A DNA stretch of 32,398 bases. It comes from Candidatus Njordarchaeota archaeon (GTDB taxonomy: Archaea > Asgardarchaeota > Njordarchaeia > Njordarchaeales > Njordarchaeaceae). Positions 16,421-26,443 of this stretch are shown here, piece after piece. The position numbers and the translations under genes are program-made. The notes under the pieces were generated by a model. That model was not told the DNA's origin, made no database searches, and saw only the letters and a list, made by a program, of their open reading frames with translations. Position 1 is the first letter of the stretch. Each line of letters starts with the position of its first letter. The stretch spans positions 1 to 32,398 of the forward strand of contig JAHQWF010000025.1 in assembly GCA_029856055.1 (NCBI GenBank). Direction: 5' to 3'.

Positions 16421-17676
16421 GGAAAGTGTTGAGAGAGGAAATTGTTGAGCAGGAAGAGAGATTATTGAATGGTGATGAAGCTGTGGCTTGGGCCGCATAC
16501 CATGTAGAACCAGATGTAGTAGCTGCGTACCCGATTACTCCGCAGACGATCATCGTAGAGAGGTTCAGTGAATTCGTGGCCGATGGACTGGTTAGAACAG
16601 AGTTCGTTAGCGTGGAGTCAGAGCACTCAGCTATGAGCGCTTGTGTTGGAGCGGCGGCTGCAGGCGGTAGGGCATTTACTGCTACTGCTGCGAATGGTCT
16701 TCAATTGATGAATGAGATATTGTACATTGCTTCTAGTCTCCGTTTACCTATAGTAATGGCTATAGCTAATCGAGCTGTTAGTGGCCCAATTAACATTCAC
16801 TGTGATCATACGGATGCTATGAATGTTAGGGATGCAGGTTGGGTGATGTTATTCTGTGAAGACGCTCAAGAGGTCTATGACACTATTATTCAAGCTTTCA
16901 AGATAGCTGAGAACCCCAAAGTACTATTGCCAGTAATGGTTAATTTCGATGGGTTCCTTATAAGCCATACAGCTCAGAAAGTCAAAGTCTTTAAAGATCC
17001 CAGTGTTGTGAGAGAGAAATTCTTGGGTGGACCTAGAAAACCTGTTAAGATAAAGCTAATGGGTAAAGAGGTGGAGCTATCATTAAACCCGAAGAATCCA
17101 GTACCAGTTACTTTCGGCCCGCTCGACTTGTACGATTATTACTATGAACATAAAATGCAACAATTAGTAGCTATTCAAAATGCTTATGATGTTGTTAAAG
17201 AGGTTCACGAGGAATACGCTAAACTAAGCGGTAGGAGATATGGCAACGGTGTAATTGTGCCTTATAAGCTTGATGATGCGGAGATCGCTGTAGTCGCAAT
17301 GGGCAGTGCACCAGGAACAATGAGGTATGTCATAGACGAGATGAGGGAAGAGGGAATTAAAATAGGATTGCTAAGAGTCAGGCTATTCAGGCCTTTCCCA
17401 TATAAAGATATCATTGAAGCGTTGAGAAACGTGAAAGTGGTAGGTGTATTCGATAGAGCTCAGAACCAAGGTATGATGGGTGGGCCATTATTCCTCGAGA
17501 CAAGGGCAGCGTTATATGAGTTAGAATCAAGACCGGAAGTTGTAAACTACATATTTGGACTAGGTGGAAGAGATGCGCCGCCAGAAATGTTTAGAGAAGC
17601 ATTTGATGAGCTAGTAGGTATCTATAGGGGAACTATCAGCCCGTTTATAAGAAAGTATATTGGTGTACGTGAATAG
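16417..17676 (+). CDS. porA: 2-oxoacid:ferredoxin oxidoreductase alpha subunit
   Basis: AAYPITPQT, VESEHSAMS, NRA.SGPINIHCDH.D, DGFLISH, RLFRPFP, GLGGRD. Confidence 0.94.
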   Translation: MRKVLREEIVEQEERLLNGDEAVAWAAYHVEPDVVAAYPITPQTIIVERFSEFVADGLVRTEFVSVESEHSAMSACVGAAAAGGRAFTATAANGLQLMNEILYIASSLRLPIVMAIANRAVSGPINIHCDHTDAMNVRDAGWVMLFCEDAQEVYDTIIQAFKIAENPKVLLPVMVNFDGFLISHTAQKVKVFKDPSVVREKFLGGPRKPVKIKLMGKEVELSLNPKNPVPVTFGPLDLYDYYYEHKMQQLVAIQNAYDVVKEVHEEYAKLSGRRYGNGVIVPYKLDDAEIAVVAMGSAPGTMRYVIDEMREEGIKIGLLRVRLFRPFPYKDIIEALRNVKVVGVFDRAQNQGMMGGPLFLETRAALYELESRPEVVNYIFGLGGRDAPPEMFREAFDELVGIYRGTISPFIRKYIGVRE

Positions 17677-17690
17677 GAGGTGAGTATGAA

Positions 17691-18671
17691 ATGCAAAAAA
17701 AGTGGGTTCCAACCCCAGTAGAAATAGCTAAAAAACCTGATTATATTCTTTCTGGCCATAGATTATGTGCTGGATGTGCCGCACCAGTTGTTGTTAAATT
17801 AACTCTAAAAGCTCTACCTAACCCCGAAAATACAGTCCTAGTAAATGCAACTGGATGTCTCGAAGTAGCAACAACTATTTTCCCATACACGGCTTGGAGG
17901 AGACCTTGGATCCACAACGCATTTGAAAATGCAGCTGCAACGGCTTCAGGTGTTGAAGCGGCTTTCAAGGCGCTTAAAAAGAAAGGTGTTTGGAAGGACG
18001 AGGAGCCAACTATAGTAGTTTTTGGGGGAGATGGAGGTACCTACGACATTGGTTTACAGTCGTTAAGTGGAGCTATTGAAAGAGGACATAAATTCATATA
18101 TGTTCTTTATGATAATGAGGCTTACATGAACACAGGTATACAGAGAAGTGGTTCGACACCTTTCGCTGCAGCTACCACAACATCGCCGGCAGGAAAAGTA
18201 CTTCCAGGAAAACCAGAATGGAAGAAACCTATTGGTTTCATAGTAGCAGCGCACATGAATGCTTATGTTGCGACAGTTAATCCTTTCTACTGGCAAGATT
18301 TTGTAGTAAAAGTAAGAAAAGCATTTGAATATGACGGTCCAAGTTTCATTCACGCGATTTCTACATGTGACAGGGGATGGCGATTTGAACCAGTTCTCGC
18401 TATGAGGATCTCAAAATTAGCTACGGACACTTGCTTGCACCCACTATGGGAATTTGATCCAGAGACAAGAGAATATCATATTACTGGTCAGAGTCTTTAT
18501 CTAGCTAAGAATCCAGACAAGATTGTCCCAGTAGAAGAATACTTGAAACTACAAGGGAGGTTCAGGCACTTATTCAAGCCAGTGAGACGGGATGATTTAA
18601 TAAATGCGATACAGAATCGCGTAATGAAAGAATGGAAATATCTACTAAAGCTAGCTGGATTAGAGAGCTAG
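17691..18671 (+). CDS. porB: 2-oxoacid:ferredoxin oxidoreductase beta subunit (TPP-binding)
   Basis: GHRLCAGC, ATGCLEV, FENAAA.ASG, GGDGGTYDIG, YDNEAYMNTGIQRS, QGRFRHL; GGAGGTGA ribosome-binding site at 17676-17683. Confidence 0.94.
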   Translation: MQKKWVPTPVEIAKKPDYILSGHRLCAGCAAPVVVKLTLKALPNPENTVLVNATGCLEVATTIFPYTAWRRPWIHNAFENAAATASGVEAAFKALKKKGVWKDEEPTIVVFGGDGGTYDIGLQSLSGAIERGHKFIYVLYDNEAYMNTGIQRSGSTPFAAATTTSPAGKVLPGKPEWKKPIGFIVAAHMNAYVATVNPFYWQDFVVKVRKAFEYDGPSFIHAISTCDRGWRFEPVLAMRISKLATDTCLHPLWEFDPETREYHITGQSLYLAKNPDKIVPVEEYLKLQGRFRHLFKPVRRDDLINAIQNRVMKEWKYLLKLAGLES

Positions 18672-18683
18672 GCCCATTTTCCA

Positions 18684-19442
18684 TTAATTTATTTTTTCTA
18701 CTCCATATTTACCCCTAAGAGGAACAAATCTTACGTCTTCTAAGTATTCTATCTTATAATCCTCATCGCCATAGCCTGTTTTTCTTAGTCGAACTAACCG
18801 TTGCCAGAATCCTGATCCAATAGGCATTATTAGTCTTCCTCCAATCTTAAGTTGCTTAATCAATGGAGGTGGTATACGATCTCCAGCCGCAGTAACTATT
18901 ATTGCATCGAATTTTCGATCCTTATCGGGCCATCCTAGCGTTCCATCCCCCCATCTTACATCAACGCAATTTAAATAACATAGTTTCTCTAAGTTCCTCC
19001 TACCAAATTCATATAGCTTCTTTGATATTTCGATGGTACAGACTAATTTTTTATCCAGTTTTATTAATTCATTTTTCTCGTTTTTTGGGCAAACTATCTC
19101 AGCAATTAATGCAGCTTGATAACCGCTTCCAGTACCTACCTCAAATACTTCATCACCTGGCTTGATTTCCGAGTACTCAATAAGTAAGAGCGACATGCTT
19201 ATTGCCGAAATAGTAGCGTTATCGAGTAAGGGTAGTGGTTCATCTATATACGAGTATTTAACGTATTGTGGTAGAACGAAGGCTTCTCTAGGAACACGCA
19301 TAAACGCGTCTAAAACTCTCTTAGATACTAAATTTATACGTCTATAGAATTCTAGTAATTCTCTTTTGTTTCGTTGTAGTGATTCCCTTAGTTTTTTATT
19401 TACTTCAAATTTGGCTGGGGGACAAATATTTTCACGAGACAC
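18684..19442 (-). CDS. pcm: Protein-L-isoaspartate O-methyltransferase
   Basis: VPREAFV, Y.D.PLP, TISA, EVGTGSGYQAA, GDGTLGW, FDAIIVTAA, QLKIGGRLIMPIG, FVPL.G; GAGGTG upstream of the GTG start. Confidence 0.92.
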   Translation of the reverse strand: MSRENICPPAKFEVNKKLRESLQRNKRELLEFYRRINLVSKRVLDAFMRVPREAFVLPQYVKYSYIDEPLPLLDNATISAISMSLLLIEYSEIKPGDEVFEVGTGSGYQAALIAEIVCPKNEKNELIKLDKKLVCTIEISKKLYEFGRRNLEKLCYLNCVDVRWGDGTLGWPDKDRKFDAIIVTAAGDRIPPPLIKQLKIGGRLIMPIGSGFWQRLVRLRKTGYGDEDYKIEYLEDVRFVPLRGKYGVEKIN

Positions 19443-19576
19443 GTTCGCACCTCAAAGAATTTTTGAGCTAAGAGGGTAAATCCTTAAATTATTATTTATT
19501 TTTCAATTTAAATTAAGTAAATAAATAGTTTTCTTACAAGCATTTTTTCACTCTAAGGATATTAAGGTGTTTAAGT

Positions 19577-21385
19577 TTGGAAGAAAATGATGAAAAGAAG
19601 CGGGAGGGTAAAGAGAAATCATTGGAGGAGAGAATAGTCGAGAGTCTTTTATCAGGGGTTAGATTATCAGAGCGGGACCGTGTGGAAGAGACGGATCGAT
19701 TGGTTATTAAGGCTGACTCTTTAGAGTTTGAGGAGGGTTTTAAGCCTCCGGCAGTTGGAGAGGAGGTAAAATCTTTTGATGAGCTCATTAACGAGAGGAT
19801 AAATAGGGTCATCAATGAGGTTTCCGATACTCTTAAGGGATTCCAAGAGGAGTTCAAAGATACCCTTAAGAGACAGATTGTTGAATTACGCGGTAGTCTT
19901 AGGGATTTAGGTAAAGACATTGCAAGATCTTTCGCTGAAAAACTCAAGTTAAAGTATATGGAGAGACATCTGAAGCGTCTTTATGAAGATGTCACTGAGA
20001 AAGTACTTAGCGAGAGAGAAAGAGAGATTGTAAAGAATGTTTTCGAGGGAATAGTTCCTCTCTATAGGAATATTAGTAATAGATTAAAGTCTCTGCAGGA
20101 TGCATTAGAGGATATAAGAAGGCTGTATGGAGAGTGGGTATCAGGGTATACGTCTCTTTTAACGGAGGAAGTTCAGCGAGTTAGGGAAGATTCAGAAAGA
20201 TTGATGGAGGAGAATCGTGAACTTAAACGGGGAATAGGGGAGTGGAAAAAACAGGTTGAGGATCTAAAGAAGGAGTTAGAGGCTAAGATGAAAGAGATTA
20301 ATGAGCTGAAGAGCCAGAAGATAGTTGCAGAAGAAGTTAAAGAGCTTGAGGATAAACTTAGAGCACTAGAGGAAGATCTAGAGAATAAGGATAATGAGAT
20401 AGTTTCTCTGAAAAATCGTTTAGACGAGATAACAGCTAAATACGAAGAGCTTATGAAGGAGCGTGATAAATTACAGGAGGAGAATGCTAATTTAATGAGG
20501 AGATTGAAGGAATTAGAAAAACAATTAATGGAAAAGGAGGAGTTAGCTAAGAAGCTTAGAGAGAAGGAGGATGAGTTAATCAAGGTAAAAGAGGAGTATG
20601 AGAAGGTTTTGGAGCAATTAAGGGCTAAGGAGCTAAAGATAAAGGAGCTAGAGGGTCGATTAGAAACCATAAAGGAAGAATTGCCTAAACTAGATGAGTT
20701 AAAGAATCTAAGGGAGACTTATGAAGCCAAATTAAAAGAGAAGAATGATAAGATTAGGGCTTTGGAAGCTAAATTAGAGGAACTTAAAGGGCTAAAGAAC
20801 ATTGTTGAAGCATGGATTTCCGAATTAAGAAGCATTAAGGAAACAGTTTCTGCTGAGGAAGAAAAATTAATTGAAGTTGGAGTTGAAAAGGGATATGAAG
20901 AGCTTTTTAGAAGTTTAAAGGATGAATTCACTAAAATCAGGGAGGAATTATCCGCCAAGAGTAAGCAGTTAACAGAGATAGTGTCTGAGAATAAAGTACT
21001 GAAGGAGAATTTAGAAATGTTGAAATCGGAGGTTGAACAGTTAAAGAAGAGAGAGCAAGATTTATTAAATGAGCTTCAAAAGAAGAATGAGCTTGTACTT
21101 AAATTAGAAAGTGATAAGAATTTGCTAGAGAAAAATATTGAAGAATTAAAGAAACAGATTGATAAATTGGCACCCTTGGCAGAAGAAGTGGAGACGATAT
21201 TAAACTTATCTTGGATTGGTAAAGTCTATTTGATTCTGAAAGACGCCAAAAGAGCATCTCTAGAAGCATTAGCAGCAACTCTTGGGGTCAATAAAGCTCA
21301 ATTAACTAGAGAGCTATTAAAGCTAGCTAGAACTGGTATAATAAAAATCGAAGATAATACGGTTACCTATCTAGGTGCCGCATAA
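19577..21385 (+). CDS. Long coiled-coil protein with a C-terminal winged helix-turn-helix
   Basis: About 350 aa of E/K/L heptads, ending KVYLILKDAKRASLEALAATLGVNKAQLTRELLKLARTGIIKIEDNTVTY (wHTH pattern). No Walker motifs. AAGGTG precedes the TTG start. Confidence 0.8.
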   Translation: MEENDEKKREGKEKSLEERIVESLLSGVRLSERDRVEETDRLVIKADSLEFEEGFKPPAVGEEVKSFDELINERINRVINEVSDTLKGFQEEFKDTLKRQIVELRGSLRDLGKDIARSFAEKLKLKYMERHLKRLYEDVTEKVLSEREREIVKNVFEGIVPLYRNISNRLKSLQDALEDIRRLYGEWVSGYTSLLTEEVQRVREDSERLMEENRELKRGIGEWKKQVEDLKKELEAKMKEINELKSQKIVAEEVKELEDKLRALEEDLENKDNEIVSLKNRLDEITAKYEELMKERDKLQEENANLMRRLKELEKQLMEKEELAKKLREKEDELIKVKEEYEKVLEQLRAKELKIKELEGRLETIKEELPKLDELKNLRETYEAKLKEKNDKIRALEAKLEELKGLKNIVEAWISELRSIKETVSAEEEKLIEVGVEKGYEELFRSLKDEFTKIREELSAKSKQLTEIVSENKVLKENLEMLKSEVEQLKKREQDLLNELQKKNELVLKLESDKNLLEKNIEELKKQIDKLAPLAEEVETILNLSWIGKVYLILKDAKRASLEALAATLGVNKAQLTRELLKLARTGIIKIEDNTVTYLGAA

Positions 21386-21583
21386 ATTTAGTTAAAATTC
21401 AGTTATTTGGTCGTATACACGCATTTAGTTTTCATATACTTTAGTTTTTAGCCGTCTGATTTTTAGTGAACTTTATGGCTTTTTGCTTACAATCTCTCTG
21501 ACGAGAAAGAACAATTAAATAAAATTTATTAGTGAGCTTTTTTATCTAAGACTAAACAAAGGCTTGATGGTTGGAGAATAGAA

Positions 21584-23905
21584 TTGATATCCATTAATAG
21601 CTATAGATCCCGAGCTATTACACTTCTGTTTCTAGTGTTTCTATTGTTTTCAAGCATTATTATTCCACTAAAATGGGATAGTATTAGGACTCAATTGGAT
21701 CATGGTAACCTTAAAGATATAGAAGAGGATCAGGTAAGGAGCACTGCTCTAACTAATTACCTTGGAATCTATGTACGTGGAGAAAGTTATGTCAATATAT
21801 CTGGATCACTAGTTGACCAGAACGGTGAACCCGTAGCTAATACAGATATATTTGTATTTCTTAATATCTCGGATGATGAAGCCATTTTCATAGGGACATA
21901 TAAGACAGATATAAATGGGTCATTCAACATCTCATTTCTATTGCCAATAAATGTTCCAGAGGGAAACAGAACTATCACGATATATTCTGAACCTAATTTA
22001 AGAGCGGGGATAGGGGATGCTTGGGCATATTATTGGCTATACGTATGTAGTCGAGTTCATGTTAATGTTCTATTAGAGAAAAATGAAGCGGCGTTTTTTG
22101 AGAATAATGCCTCTTTTTCTATAAGTGTGATTTTCGACAATGGAAGCGTTGTCCAGAGAGAGAATATGTTAATTTCTGTAAGTGTAATTCACGAATCTAT
22201 GATAGAGAACGCTAGTTTAAGAACTGGACCCGATGGGGTGGCTAGAGGAATCGTAAATTTCACGTCGGTTGGGGAATATACTATCGAGGCGGTATTTAAT
22301 ACGAGTGAGCCAGATAACTATCTTGGAGATTTTGTGTTAGCTGACGGTCAATATGTGGTTGATGGATCAATATTAGGTGAAACTTTATCTACAGACATAG
22401 GTACTTTATCTGTGTATTTAGCTGATAGAATCATACTAAATTTCGAGAACACTCAAAGCAGGAGTCTCCAGGTTATCCGTGGAGAGGCCTCTATCAGCAT
22501 TCTTGGTCGTTACTTAAACATTAGTGGTTTTCCAGATCGGCATTTAGTTAATTTATCTGTAATATATCTCGGTACTAATGATAATTATTATGAGTTATTT
22601 GTAAGTAAGGTATTGTGGTCTGATGTAGATGGTTATTTTAAATATAATTTTGAGGTGAATGAATCTTTTCTACCTGGGAGATATATAATATCATGCGATG
22701 ATGTGAACGAGTCCACTGTAGATATTGTGGATCCGCTTGATCTATCCGTGTTTAGTAATATTTCTTTGAATATTGTTTATATGAGCCCAAATGTTAGTGC
22801 CACACGTATTTCTAGTGGAAGTTTAGTTGAAATATTTGGTTATGTTCGAGATGGGATCGATGGTACGGCTTTAGAGGGCGTAACAATTAAAGGAATTTTG
22901 GTAGATAATTCATTAGGGAGGGAGATCACGCTTAATCAGACCAATACAGATATCGAGGGCTCATTTATCCTTATGCTTGTTTTACCAGAGACTTTTGAAT
23001 CTGGAATAATCACATTAAAGATTCTTGCAGAAGGATTAAACTACTACCTTAGTGCTGAGCGCGAATTTTCCTTTGAGGTATATAATCACCTTATTTTAAG
23101 GTTAAGGATCGGTAATAACAGTTACATTTGGTCTTTGCGGGAGGGATTGGCTCTAGCGCAAAATGATACGGTTCTATACAATATTGAATTTCCAGCGAAT
23201 CTAACAGCTTATTTTGTAATAGTGGATGATTTTGGAAGAAGAATGAATGTATCCAGTATCACTATTTTAGTTAACGATACAGGGGTTGCTGAGTTTTTTA
23301 ATATCTCAGAGGCCATTTTTTACTTAGTTAACATAAATTCTACCACTAATATAACGCTAATTATAGGTGATCTAGACGTATCTGTATCACTATTGGTACT
23401 TGGAAGATTTCTTGGAAGTACCGAAGGCACAGGGCCTTTGCCTAATATACCGTTTTTTGCTATATTGGTTATCTCGATCCTCGCTGTGCCATTGATACTT
23501 ATAACCTTAATGAGTGAAATCAAGGTGATTACACATACTAGGAGCGAGTCTGAGAAAGATATTTTCGGCATAATATTAAACATTGAAAGAGCGGGAATGG
23601 AGAGGAAGTTTCTCGAGATGGCAGCGTTTATCAGAGCGTTTTTCAACAAATTAGCGACTGATAATGGCATCTCTGTATCCTCATATCTCACTACACGAGA
23701 AATTTATCAATTAATATTAGAAAAAAATGAAGAGTTTGCTGATGCTAAAGATCACTTAGAGTTCTTATTGCATTGTTATGAAAAAATAGTGTATGGTTTC
23801 AAGAGATTATCTGATAGGGAGTTACAAAAGCTTAAGACAGTGATATCGGATATCTATATTTTCTTAAAGAGTCTTATTGCGAGGAGAGAGAACAAAAATG
23901 CCTAA
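21584..23905 (+). CDS. Membrane-anchored surface glycoprotein with Ig-like repeats and a C-terminal DUF4129-like domain
   Basis: N-terminal hydrophobic signal/anchor; repeated G.L.D..G....T...G.F beta-sandwich units; TM helix near aa 620-645; tail LTTREI...L...YEKIVYG...LS..E. Confidence 0.8.
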   Translation: MISINSYRSRAITLLFLVFLLFSSIIIPLKWDSIRTQLDHGNLKDIEEDQVRSTALTNYLGIYVRGESYVNISGSLVDQNGEPVANTDIFVFLNISDDEAIFIGTYKTDINGSFNISFLLPINVPEGNRTITIYSEPNLRAGIGDAWAYYWLYVCSRVHVNVLLEKNEAAFFENNASFSISVIFDNGSVVQRENMLISVSVIHESMIENASLRTGPDGVARGIVNFTSVGEYTIEAVFNTSEPDNYLGDFVLADGQYVVDGSILGETLSTDIGTLSVYLADRIILNFENTQSRSLQVIRGEASISILGRYLNISGFPDRHLVNLSVIYLGTNDNYYELFVSKVLWSDVDGYFKYNFEVNESFLPGRYIISCDDVNESTVDIVDPLDLSVFSNISLNIVYMSPNVSATRISSGSLVEIFGYVRDGIDGTALEGVTIKGILVDNSLGREITLNQTNTDIEGSFILMLVLPETFESGIITLKILAEGLNYYLSAEREFSFEVYNHLILRLRIGNNSYIWSLREGLALAQNDTVLYNIEFPANLTAYFVIVDDFGRRMNVSSITILVNDTGVAEFFNISEAIFYLVNINSTTNITLIIGDLDVSVSLLVLGRFLGSTEGTGPLPNIPFFAILVISILAVPLILITLMSEIKVITHTRSESEKDIFGIILNIERAGMERKFLEMAAFIRAFFNKLATDNGISVSSYLTTREIYQLILEKNEEFADAKDHLEFLLHCYEKIVYGFKRLSDRELQKLKTVISDIYIFLKSLIARRENKNA

Positions 23906-25325
23906 GAAATATACGGTTATCAAGGTTCTTTTTTATCTACTCATAATCATTATTACTTACCCGATTATAGCAAGTGTATTAGGGTTTAATGTTAATTCTA
24001 CTCCTTTTTCTATTTATAATAATGGTGGTAATGGCTTAAGCTATCTTGCTAATGAACTGCGTGATAATGGATATGACCTGAAGACAATTTTATCTTCCCT
24101 CAAGATATTAAGAAGTATAAACACCACGGGTGTTCTTGCGATCATTGCACCTACAATAAAGTACGATATTCAAGAGGCCATAGCTGTGATAGATTTTTTG
24201 AACAGAGGAGGTAGCCTATTAATTGTGGATGATTTTTATGCGTCTAATTCCCTTCTCGGTAATATTTGGCTAATATTTAGCATAGCCCAGGTTTTCACCG
24301 GCCAAGACATAATCCTGGAGGGCATATATTTCAATACTACTGCTGTATTAATGGACGCAAGATCTTTCTATAAGACGCCAGCAAATCCAGTGATCATAAA
24401 TTTTAATGACTACTATGGAATATTAGGAAATAGAGTAAGAAGAGTTTTAACAAGTTTTCCATCATCCTTGTCATTAAAGGTTAGAGTTAATATTAATGGA
24501 TCTAGTAAAGAATTGATCACTAGTTTACCAGGAGAAATTAGTCTATTAAGCTCTACTGAAAACAGTTGGCTAGAGACAGATCTAGAGTCAGCAATAAAGA
24601 ATACCGCTAAGCCTGATCCGTGGGAATGGGGCGGTGCGTCATTCGGGCTAGGACTAGCTATAGAGCTGCCTAATGGTGGTAAATTAGTTATGATTTCTGA
24701 TCCAGATATATTTTCAAATAAACTAATTAAATTACCTGATTTTGATAACTTGAGATTTGTTCTATCTATAATGGATTGGCTTGCCGACGGAAGGAACGAT
24801 GTAACAATATTTTTTGATGAAGCTCATTTGCCGCACATGATGTATGATCCATTGCTTTCTCTCTCAATATGGTTTAAATTGATTACTGAAGTTTCATCTT
24901 CATGGATTATTGCTCCAATTGCACCAATAATCGCAATAATTACGCTGTTAGGTTACGTACCTAGGCTTAAAGGTTTCAGACCGAGGTTATTCAGTAGGGT
25001 TGAGAGAGTGCTAGAAAATTCTTGGACAAAATCTAGGATAAGATGGTATATACGATCAAGAGACTTTAAACAAGCTTGCTCTGTGATTTTAGATCATCTG
25101 ATATATAGTATCATAAGACGTTATGGGCTGCAAGAGACTGAGTGGGATCAAGTTATTGAAGATTTATTGAGTAGGAGAGTTGATTTAACTAGTTATAGAT
25201 ACAGGATTATGGCTTTTATGAATAGGCTTCATGATTACTCAGTAGGCAAGAAAAAAATAAAGGAAGATGAATTCCTTGAACTTCTAGAAGAGTACAAGGA
25301 TGTTAAAGCTTTAATACTGGGTTAA
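23898..25325 (+). CDS. DUF4350-family membrane protein
   Basis: N-terminal TM, FSIYNNGGNGLSYL, F..RGGSLLIVDDF..SN.LL, G.LVMISDPDIFSN, DNLRF, FFDEAH, second TM, helical cytoplasmic tail. The ATG at 23898 overlaps the upstream gene end. Confidence 0.82.
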   Translation: MPKKYTVIKVLFYLLIIIITYPIIASVLGFNVNSTPFSIYNNGGNGLSYLANELRDNGYDLKTILSSLKILRSINTTGVLAIIAPTIKYDIQEAIAVIDFLNRGGSLLIVDDFYASNSLLGNIWLIFSIAQVFTGQDIILEGIYFNTTAVLMDARSFYKTPANPVIINFNDYYGILGNRVRRVLTSFPSSLSLKVRVNINGSSKELITSLPGEISLLSSTENSWLETDLESAIKNTAKPDPWEWGGASFGLGLAIELPNGGKLVMISDPDIFSNKLIKLPDFDNLRFVLSIMDWLADGRNDVTIFFDEAHLPHMMYDPLLSLSIWFKLITEVSSSWIIAPIAPIIAIITLLGYVPRLKGFRPRLFSRVERVLENSWTKSRIRWYIRSRDFKQACSVILDHLIYSIIRRYGLQETEWDQVIEDLLSRRVDLTSYRYRIMAFMNRLHDYSVGKKKIKEDEFLELLEEYKDVKALILG

Positions 25326-25409
25326 TAAACTTAGTTAGTTAGCGTAGTAGCCATCAAATCATTTTTCTTAGTATTGCGGTATGAAATAATTAACAATTGG
25401 TAAGTTAAG

Positions 25410-26432
25410 ATGAGTGAAGACAATATTATTGGTGAAGAACAAATAATGGAGTCGGAAGAGAGTTTGGTAGTGGAAGAGAAGGTAATAATCGATGTGAATT
25501 TTATTCGCGATACATGGGAAAAGATAAGGGAGGAGATGCGTAAGGCAGTTGTGGGAATGGATAATGTGATTGAAGTTCTGTTTATAGGTCTCTTATCAGA
25601 AGGGCATATACTTTTAGAAGGACCTCCAGGTATCGCGAAAACTTATGCGGCTCAGAATTTTGCACATACATTAGGTTTAAGATTTAAGCGTGTTCAAATG
25701 ACACCAGATTTGTTACCTGCGGATATAATCGGTACTATGGTGTTTGATCCAAAGGAATTGAAGTTTAGATTCAAAAGAGGCCCTATTTTTACTAACATTC
25801 TATTAGTTGATGAGATTAATAGGGCGCCTCCAAAAACACAATCTGCTTTATTAGAAGCTATGGAGGAAAGACAAATTACTGTTGAGGGTGTAACTTATCC
25901 ATTGCCTAAGCCATTCATAGTTTTGGCGACGCAAAATCCGATCGAGATGGAGGGAACTTATCCGCTTCCAGAAGCGCAAGTCAGCAGGTTTATGCTTTAC
26001 CTTAAAATAGGGTACCCAAGCCCTGAGGATGAGCTAAAGATAATAAGGCTAAAGAACAAAACCCTAGAGCGCATAAACGTAAATACAGTTGTTAGTGGCA
26101 GAACGATTATTGAGATGCAAAAGGTCGTACAGAGAGATATTAGGGTGGATGATAAAATAATGAGGTACATAAGAGATATCGTTGTTGCATGCCGAAGAGA
26201 CGCAAGAGTGCTTCTAGGCTGCTCGCCGAGAGCCTCTATCGCACTATTAATGGCCTCAAAGGCTTATGCGGCAATGCAAGGAAGGGACTTTGTTATTCCA
26301 GATGACGTCAAACACGTTACTATGCCAGCATTGAGGCATAGAATAATTCTAAAACCTGAAATCGAGTTAAGCGGCGTTACTAGCGACGATATCGTGTTAA
26401 CTATTCTTAAGGCAATACCAGTGCCTGGTTAG
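25410..26432 (+). CDS. moxR: MoxR-family AAA+ ATPase (MoxR proper)
   Basis: GHILLEGPPGIAKT, RVQMTPDLLPADIIG, GPIFTNILLVDEINRAPPKTQSALLEAMEE, ATQNPIE.EGTYPLPEAQ, SPRAS, PDDVK, LRHRI. Confidence 0.95.
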   Translation: MSEDNIIGEEQIMESEESLVVEEKVIIDVNFIRDTWEKIREEMRKAVVGMDNVIEVLFIGLLSEGHILLEGPPGIAKTYAAQNFAHTLGLRFKRVQMTPDLLPADIIGTMVFDPKELKFRFKRGPIFTNILLVDEINRAPPKTQSALLEAMEERQITVEGVTYPLPKPFIVLATQNPIEMEGTYPLPEAQVSRFMLYLKIGYPSPEDELKIIRLKNKTLERINVNTVVSGRTIIEMQKVVQRDIRVDDKIMRYIRDIVVACRRDARVLLGCSPRASIALLMASKAYAAMQGRDFVIPDDVKHVTMPALRHRIILKPEIELSGVTSDDIVLTILKAIPVPG

Positions 26433-26443
26433 GTGAAAAAACT

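Noticed and set aside
19534-20958. Ser/Phe/Leu-rich antisense ORFs here, and similar ones opposite nfo, nnr, valS, DUF58, mcm and rnz
   Set aside because: Expected shadows of real genes on the other strand, with no motifs or independent ribosome-binding sites.
19577-21385. SMC/Rad50, CdvA or ESCRT-III assignment for the coiled-coil protein
   Set aside because: No ABC-ATPase head, hinge or hook, no recognisable PRC barrel, far longer than an Snf7 domain, and no cdv/vps4 neighbours.
21490-21515. CTGACGA resembling a hammerhead ribozyme core, plus two CTGA motifs in this spacer
   Set aside because: No stem II followed by GAAA, no flanking stems, and no C boxes at suitable distances.
25328-25350. 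TTAG/TAG short tandem repeats before moxR
   Set aside because: Only about three 4-nt copies in AT-rich DNA; chance level and not a CRISPR array.
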